Shown piece after piece: positions 24,936-28,494 of a stretch of DNA of 28,494 nucleotides. Numbering within the stretch: position 1 is the stretch's first letter; each line of letters begins with the position of its first letter. The stretch is taken from IMG/VR virus record IMGVR_UViG_3300025372_000032, positions 1-28,494 of that record; one strand, written 5' to 3'. The position numbers and the translations under genes were made by a program. The stretch is from a virus (Duplodnaviria; Caudoviricetes). The notes beneath the pieces are model-generated. The model did no database searches and was not told the DNA's origin. It saw only the letters and a program-made list of their open reading frames with translations.

Positions 24936-24964
24936 ATTATAACTACCTATATCGATAATGTCAA
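24936..24964 (-). promoter_or_regulatory. sigma70 consensus promoter, probably producing a leaderless exonuclease mRNA
   Basis: TTGACA (24964-24959), 17 nt, TATAAT (24941-24936); ATG 7 nt downstream; no SD sequence. Confidence 0.75.
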
Positions 24965-25317
24965 AGATTTGACCCTAGATTTTTTGAGTTTGCCGCAGCC
25001 ATTTTATCTACACTTGGGCCTGTTGGTTTTTGTGTGCCACTAGTAGCATCTTGCGGAGTTTCGGCACCTTGAACTTTAGTGTTTAATGTAACGGTACCAT
25101 CATCGGAAATATCTTTGATAACATCGCCATCTGGGTCTACACTATTCTTTAAAGCAATAAGACCGTCTGGAGTACTAATGCCTAAACCAAACGGTTTTAA
25201 TATGTTCATCACAACGGGAAAGGGCAGTTGACTTTCCTGCCCTTCTTTGTCTGCCAGACCTTGCATTACTGCTAATACATCTCTGGCAGACCCTTGGTCT
25301 ACTTCAAATAATCTCAT
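24961..25317 (-). CDS. Hypothetical protein, possible internal head protein
   Basis: N-terminal MRLFE motif; TAATG overlap with the upstream gene. Confidence 0.65.
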   Translation of the reverse strand: MRLFEVDQGSARDVLAVMQGLADKEGQESQLPFPVVMNILKPFGLGISTPDGLIALKNSVDPDGDVIKDISDDGTVTLNTKVQGAETPQDATSGTQKPTGPSVDKMAAANSKNLGSNL

Positions 25318-26783
25318 TACTTCGCCAATTTAGCCATAATGCTATGTGCTTCAGCAAGACGACGTGCTTTACGGTCTTCTTTGCTTTCGCGCATTGCACG
25401 TCCGGAAGCTTCTGCACCACCTGCGGCTGCATCGCTTGCACCGAACTCGTCACCAGCTGGTGCTGGGTTCATCATGTCTGGACCGGCAGCATCCATACCT
25501 GGTTCTGGAGACATACCTGCGTCCATTCCCATTGGATTTTCTGGCATACCACCACCAGCTAGAGATGCAACTGCACCGCTGATTGTTTCACGTTGTTGTG
25601 TTAGCACTTCTAATGTTTGGCTTAGTGCAGGAGCAACTGCTTGTTTAAATGCTTCTGCTTCTGCTTGACCGAAGTCAGCCTTGATAGCATCTGCCAATTC
25701 AATCATTGTTTTAGTTTGATATTGACCAACACGTTGCATCCAGCTTGTGAAGTCGTTGACCATATCGCCTGCGGCAGTAATAGCCTTTGCCTTGCCTTCT
25801 TCGTCTTCACTTAATAGGAATCCAATGCTTTCGTTTACAAAACGAACATTGTGTTTGAACATAGCGTTAGCTTCTTCTAGTTTGCCTTGCTTGGCCAACT
25901 TAGCACGTACTGCACCTGCTACACGTTCACCGGCTTCTTTGCTACCATATTTCTTGCCTGCTGACTTAGCAATCTTAGCAAAGTTCTTACCTGGTTTGCC
26001 TTCGTCTTTGCCTTCCCACATGCCACTGCATTCATTGCAACCGCAATCTTTTGCGTGTGCCTTACCTTCTTTAACTTTCTTATCGCTATCAGGAGTCTTA
26101 GGAGCATCCTTACCACCGTAGTTCTTACCAGCAGTATGCTTTAGTCCTGTAGCGGTCTTTTCAATAGTACCACCAGTGCTAGACTTTTTCTTCTCGCCAG
26201 CTTTCATACCAGCTGTACCAGCGGCTGCTTTCTTAGCATCATCAACGGTTGGGAAACCTTCTTTGACTTTCTTGTCCTTAGCGGCTTTCTTCATTGGCTC
26301 TTTCTTATTGCCATCACCGTCAAGGTCTAAGAAGTCTGGCTTTGCAGCCTCAGCAACTTTCTTATCTTTAGCAGCCTTTTTCATTGGCTCTGTTTTGTTA
26401 CCATCTTTATCAAGGTCTAAGAAATCAGGCTTAGAACCCTTAGCGGTAATTTTTGTTTTTGGTGGGCGAGTACCTTTCTTAGCCTCGCTTAGTTGATCCA
26501 TACGATCACGTAGTTTTTGCATTTGTTCGCCTAGCATTTCTTTAATCCTTGTGTTGAGCAATTCTAACATTGCTTTGTCTTTTTGGTACGACTCATTTTG
26601 ATGTAGATCGTTGTAACCAGATTTTCCCTCTTGCTGGAAAACACGAGTACGTAGTTTGTTACGCATGTCTTCTAACTGCTCACGATTATACTTAGTTAAG
26701 TTCACTCTAGTGCCAAATTGTTTGGCAATATTTTCTTGTAACTTTGTACTTGTAACGCTAATGGTAAAATCTGTAGTCTTCAT
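25317..26783 (-). CDS. Large Lys/Ala-rich low-complexity protein with EF-hand-like repeats, probable head/core protein
   Basis: Two copies of KPDFLDLDxDGNKxEPMKKAAKDKKV; CGCNEC; acidic Gly/Met/Pro C-terminus; TATAAATA upstream. Confidence 0.7.
   Translation of the reverse strand: MKTTDFTISVTSTKLQENIAKQFGTRVNLTKYNREQLEDMRNKLRTRVFQQEGKSGYNDLHQNESYQKDKAMLELLNTRIKEMLGEQMQKLRDRMDQLSEAKKGTRPPKTKITAKGSKPDFLDLDKDGNKTEPMKKAAKDKKVAEAAKPDFLDLDGDGNKKEPMKKAAKDKKVKEGFPTVDDAKKAAAGTAGMKAGEKKKSSTGGTIEKTATGLKHTAGKNYGGKDAPKTPDSDKKVKEGKAHAKDCGCNECSGMWEGKDEGKPGKNFAKIAKSAGKKYGSKEAGERVAGAVRAKLAKQGKLEEANAMFKHNVRFVNESIGFLLSEDEEGKAKAITAAGDMVNDFTSWMQRVGQYQTKTMIELADAIKADFGQAEAEAFKQAVAPALSQTLEVLTQQRETISGAVASLAGGGMPENPMGMDAGMSPEPGMDAAGPDMMNPAPAGDEFGASDAAAGGAEASGRAMRESKEDRKARRLAEAHSIMAKLAK
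26265..26432 (-). repeat. Imperfect tandem duplication, 90-nt (30-aa) period
   Basis: Two degenerate copies encoding KPDFLDLD(K/G)DGNK(T/K)EPMKKAAKDKKV. Confidence 0.85.
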
Positions 26784-26810
26784 AAAGAGTTCCGAAAAAT
26801 TGGTTATTTG

Positions 26811-26818
26811 TATTTATA
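26811..26818 (-). promoter_or_regulatory. T4-type late promoter TATAAATA
   Basis: Exact T4 late consensus 27 nt upstream of the ATG at 26783. Confidence 0.6.
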
Positions 26819-27278
26819 ATATTTGCATCAGTTTTTGATAACGAGAGACTAGAGTATTCTTGTAAGAATCCTTTTTAGCCTTGGCTATCAATGTCTTAGT
26901 TACCATTAGCTCATAGTGGTCCAATGACTTTTTCTTACTATTTGCTATAAACCTCTTATGTAACTCTTCTTCAAATAACGCATATCCGTATTGTCTGTCG
27001 TAGTTGACTATATTTTCATCTTTGTATTTGCCCAATGCCATAGCGTTGGCAATTAGCACAGCACTCTGCGGCAAGTTTATACGATCAACAACAATATCCC
27101 CTGATGGGTTTAGCAAATCGTAGCCTAGTGGTGTTTTAACTATTTTAAAATAACCAACGGATATAGAGCCGTCGTCATTTTCTACAGGTACTACGATACC
27201 TTTTTTTCTAAGGTCGCGCTTTACTTCTTCAGAAAGATCTTGTATCTTCTTGTAAAGTTTATTTGGAATGTTTTTCAT
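26814..27278 (-). CDS. Hypothetical protein
   Basis: 154-aa ORF in the overlapping gene array. Confidence 0.7.
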   Translation of the reverse strand: MKNIPNKLYKKIQDLSEEVKRDLRKKGIVVPVENDDGSISVGYFKIVKTPLGYDLLNPSGDIVVDRINLPQSAVLIANAMALGKYKDENIVNYDRQYGYALFEEELHKRFIANSKKKSLDHYELMVTKTLIAKAKKDSYKNTLVSRYQKLMQIL

Positions 27279-27471
27279 TCAGATTGTTTATCAAAGTATT
27301 GTTATCTTTACTTATTTGATATATACCCTTACGTACCAAACTTTGAGCTAACCATTGATCATGTTCATCTAAACTTGTAATCTTTACACTAGAGTCGTGC
27401 CTACTAACGAACTTGTGTTCTTCGTTAGTAAGAGGTATCCTGATGCCATTTAAGAGTTGTTCTATTTTCAT
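27259..27471 (-). CDS. Small hypothetical protein
   Basis: ATGA-coupled; N-terminus MKIEQLL. Confidence 0.7.
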   Translation of the reverse strand: MKIEQLLNGIRIPLTNEEHKFVSRHDSSVKITSLDEHDQWLAQSLVRKGIYQISKDNNTLINNLNEKHSK

Positions 27472-27851
27472 GGCGCTGGTTGTTGCAACTGCTGTTGCAT
27501 TTGTTGTTGTTTTTGTTTTAGGCCAACAATCTGTGCGGCAATTTTATCTAAGTCAGTCATAGTGTCTTTAGATTGTTGCGCCATTTGTTGTTGCTGTTGT
27601 TGCTGTTGCGGATTGGCCTGCGGTGTTGCTCCTGCGCCCATTGGTTGTCCGACTTGCGGAGTATTGGGATTAGGTGGTGTAGCTGGTGCTGGTTGTCCTG
27701 CTGTAGTCGGCGGTGTACCTGTTGGTTGATCAGTCTGAGGAGTGTTAGACGTGTTAGGCGGACCTTCCGTGGGTTGTGTAGTAGGTAACTTTTGCCCCTG
27801 TCCAGGAGGAGTAGGTGCTACGGTTTGTTCAAATAATTCGAATATTCTCAT
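27468..27851 (-). CDS. Pro/Thr/Gln-rich low-complexity protein with polyQ tracts
   Basis: MRIFELFE N-terminus; Q9 run encoded by mixed CAA/CAG codons. Confidence 0.7.
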   Translation of the reverse strand: MRIFELFEQTVAPTPPGQGQKLPTTQPTEGPPNTSNTPQTDQPTGTPPTTAGQPAPATPPNPNTPQVGQPMGAGATPQANPQQQQQQQQMAQQSKDTMTDLDKIAAQIVGLKQKQQQMQQQLQQPAP

Positions 27852-27852
27852 A

Positions 27853-28092
27853 TCAATGTTTTTGTAATACTACTACAACTAGTCCTAGAATACCTGTTAG
27901 TACCGTTCCTGCTGTACCGATTAGTATTTTGGTCATGCTATTCTGACCACTTTCGATTAGTTTCTGTAACTCTGAAAATTTACCTTCTATCTTAGTTAGA
28001 CGTTCATCTAACGATTGGTAACGTTGAGCACATAAATCTACGTGTGCAGATAAGTTTTCCTTCTCTGCGTCAATTGGTCCCTGAACGGACAT
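27853..28092 (-). CDS. Small coiled-coil protein with C-terminal transmembrane helix
   Basis: Heptads followed by ILIGTAGTVLTGILGLVVVVL; AAGGAG RBS. Confidence 0.7.
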   Translation of the reverse strand: MSVQGPIDAEKENLSAHVDLCAQRYQSLDERLTKIEGKFSELQKLIESGQNSMTKILIGTAGTVLTGILGLVVVVLQKH

Positions 28093-28104
28093 AAAACAAT
28101 CTCC

Positions 28105-28494
28105 TTAACTCGTGCCCTTAAAGGCCCTGATAATAGTGTTTTTTACACCTGGATCTTTACAATTGAAGATCGCTTTGTCTATATTTACCGTTTCTAATAA
28201 ATTTTTAATAATTGGTACAGAGTGTATGTCTTCTAATAGACTGCCCACAGGATCACCGTCGGCGCTGGTATATACGCCTACTCTATCTGGAATTATCTTA
28301 AATGTCCATACACGATGCTTACCTTTAAACTCTGATCCAAAGTCCATAGATTTAATATCTACTACTTCACTAGATGGAGGATTATCGTAAGAAACAATAC
28401 TACGGATTTCTAAGCATTGTCGTAGTGTGATAAAATTTCTATTTTGATCATATTCAAGTTGACTACCTTGGTTAGATCTAACCACCCGTGTATT
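28105..28494 (-). CDS. Hypothetical protein, probably 5'-truncated by the window edge
   Basis: Frame stays open to position 28494, upstream of the GTG used by the ORF track. Confidence 0.6.
   Translation of the reverse strand, partial: NTRVVRSNQGSQLEYDQNRNFITLRQCLEIRSIVSYDNPPSSEVVDIKSMDFGSEFKGKHRVWTFKIIPDRVGVYTSADGDPVGSLLEDIHSVPIIKNLLETVNIDKAIFNCKDPGVKNTIIRAFKGTS

Noticed and set aside
475-24958. Other short plus-strand or nested alternative-frame ORFs in the track (e.g. 479..808, 4704..5117, 20072..20404, 23138..23575)
   Set aside because: They overlap well-supported genes and show no recognisable motifs or expression signals
25339-27788. Plus-strand ORFs including poly-Cys and poly-Leu ones
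   Set aside because: Antisense shadows of low-complexity and polyQ minus-strand genes
1-28494. Genome-wide TAG-to-sense recoding (code 15)
   Set aside because: Recognisable genes such as nrdA, nrdB and the porin are full length in code 11 and coding density is already near complete; recoding elsewhere in the genome cannot be excluded
1-28494. Bacterial chromosome or prophage origin, suggested by porin, desaturases, ssrA and RNR
   Set aside because: Single-strand dense layout, virion-type genes, TAAATA motifs and many orphan ORFs fit a large phage; no integrase or host operons are seen

Overview
A 28.5-kb fragment of a large lytic dsDNA tailed phage, probably T4-like or jumbo-like. All 42 credible genes are on the minus strand, tightly packed with many ATGA overlaps. 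Core content is nrdA/nrdB/glutaredoxin, a PD-(D/E)XK nuclease, a GIY-YIG nuclease, an AAA ATPase, a TIGR02594-like wall hydrolase and probable virion proteins. A Gram-negative porin points to a proteobacterial host, likely Burkholderiales (inference). Notable items read from the sequence: (1) a CUA-anticodon amber-suppressor-type tRNA, with none of the 42 genes ending in TAG; (2) a circularly permuted two-piece tmRNA with the atypical tag ANDDTFLLAANA; (3) a ~7.6-kb operon led by an adhesin-like protein and followed by tailoring enzymes (desaturase, PP-loop ATPase, GNAT, four HxD-H oxygenases, radical SAM), plus three Asp/Asn beta-hydroxylase homologues and a second desaturase elsewhere; (4) an unannotated ~75-nt structured RNA; (5) a duplicated ECF-sigma-like promoter in front of two small secreted proteins; (6) a hidden ORF without a canonical start codon; (7) sigma70 and TAAATA late-type promoters, several predicting leaderless mRNAs. 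All family calls come from motif recognition by eye; no database searches were run.
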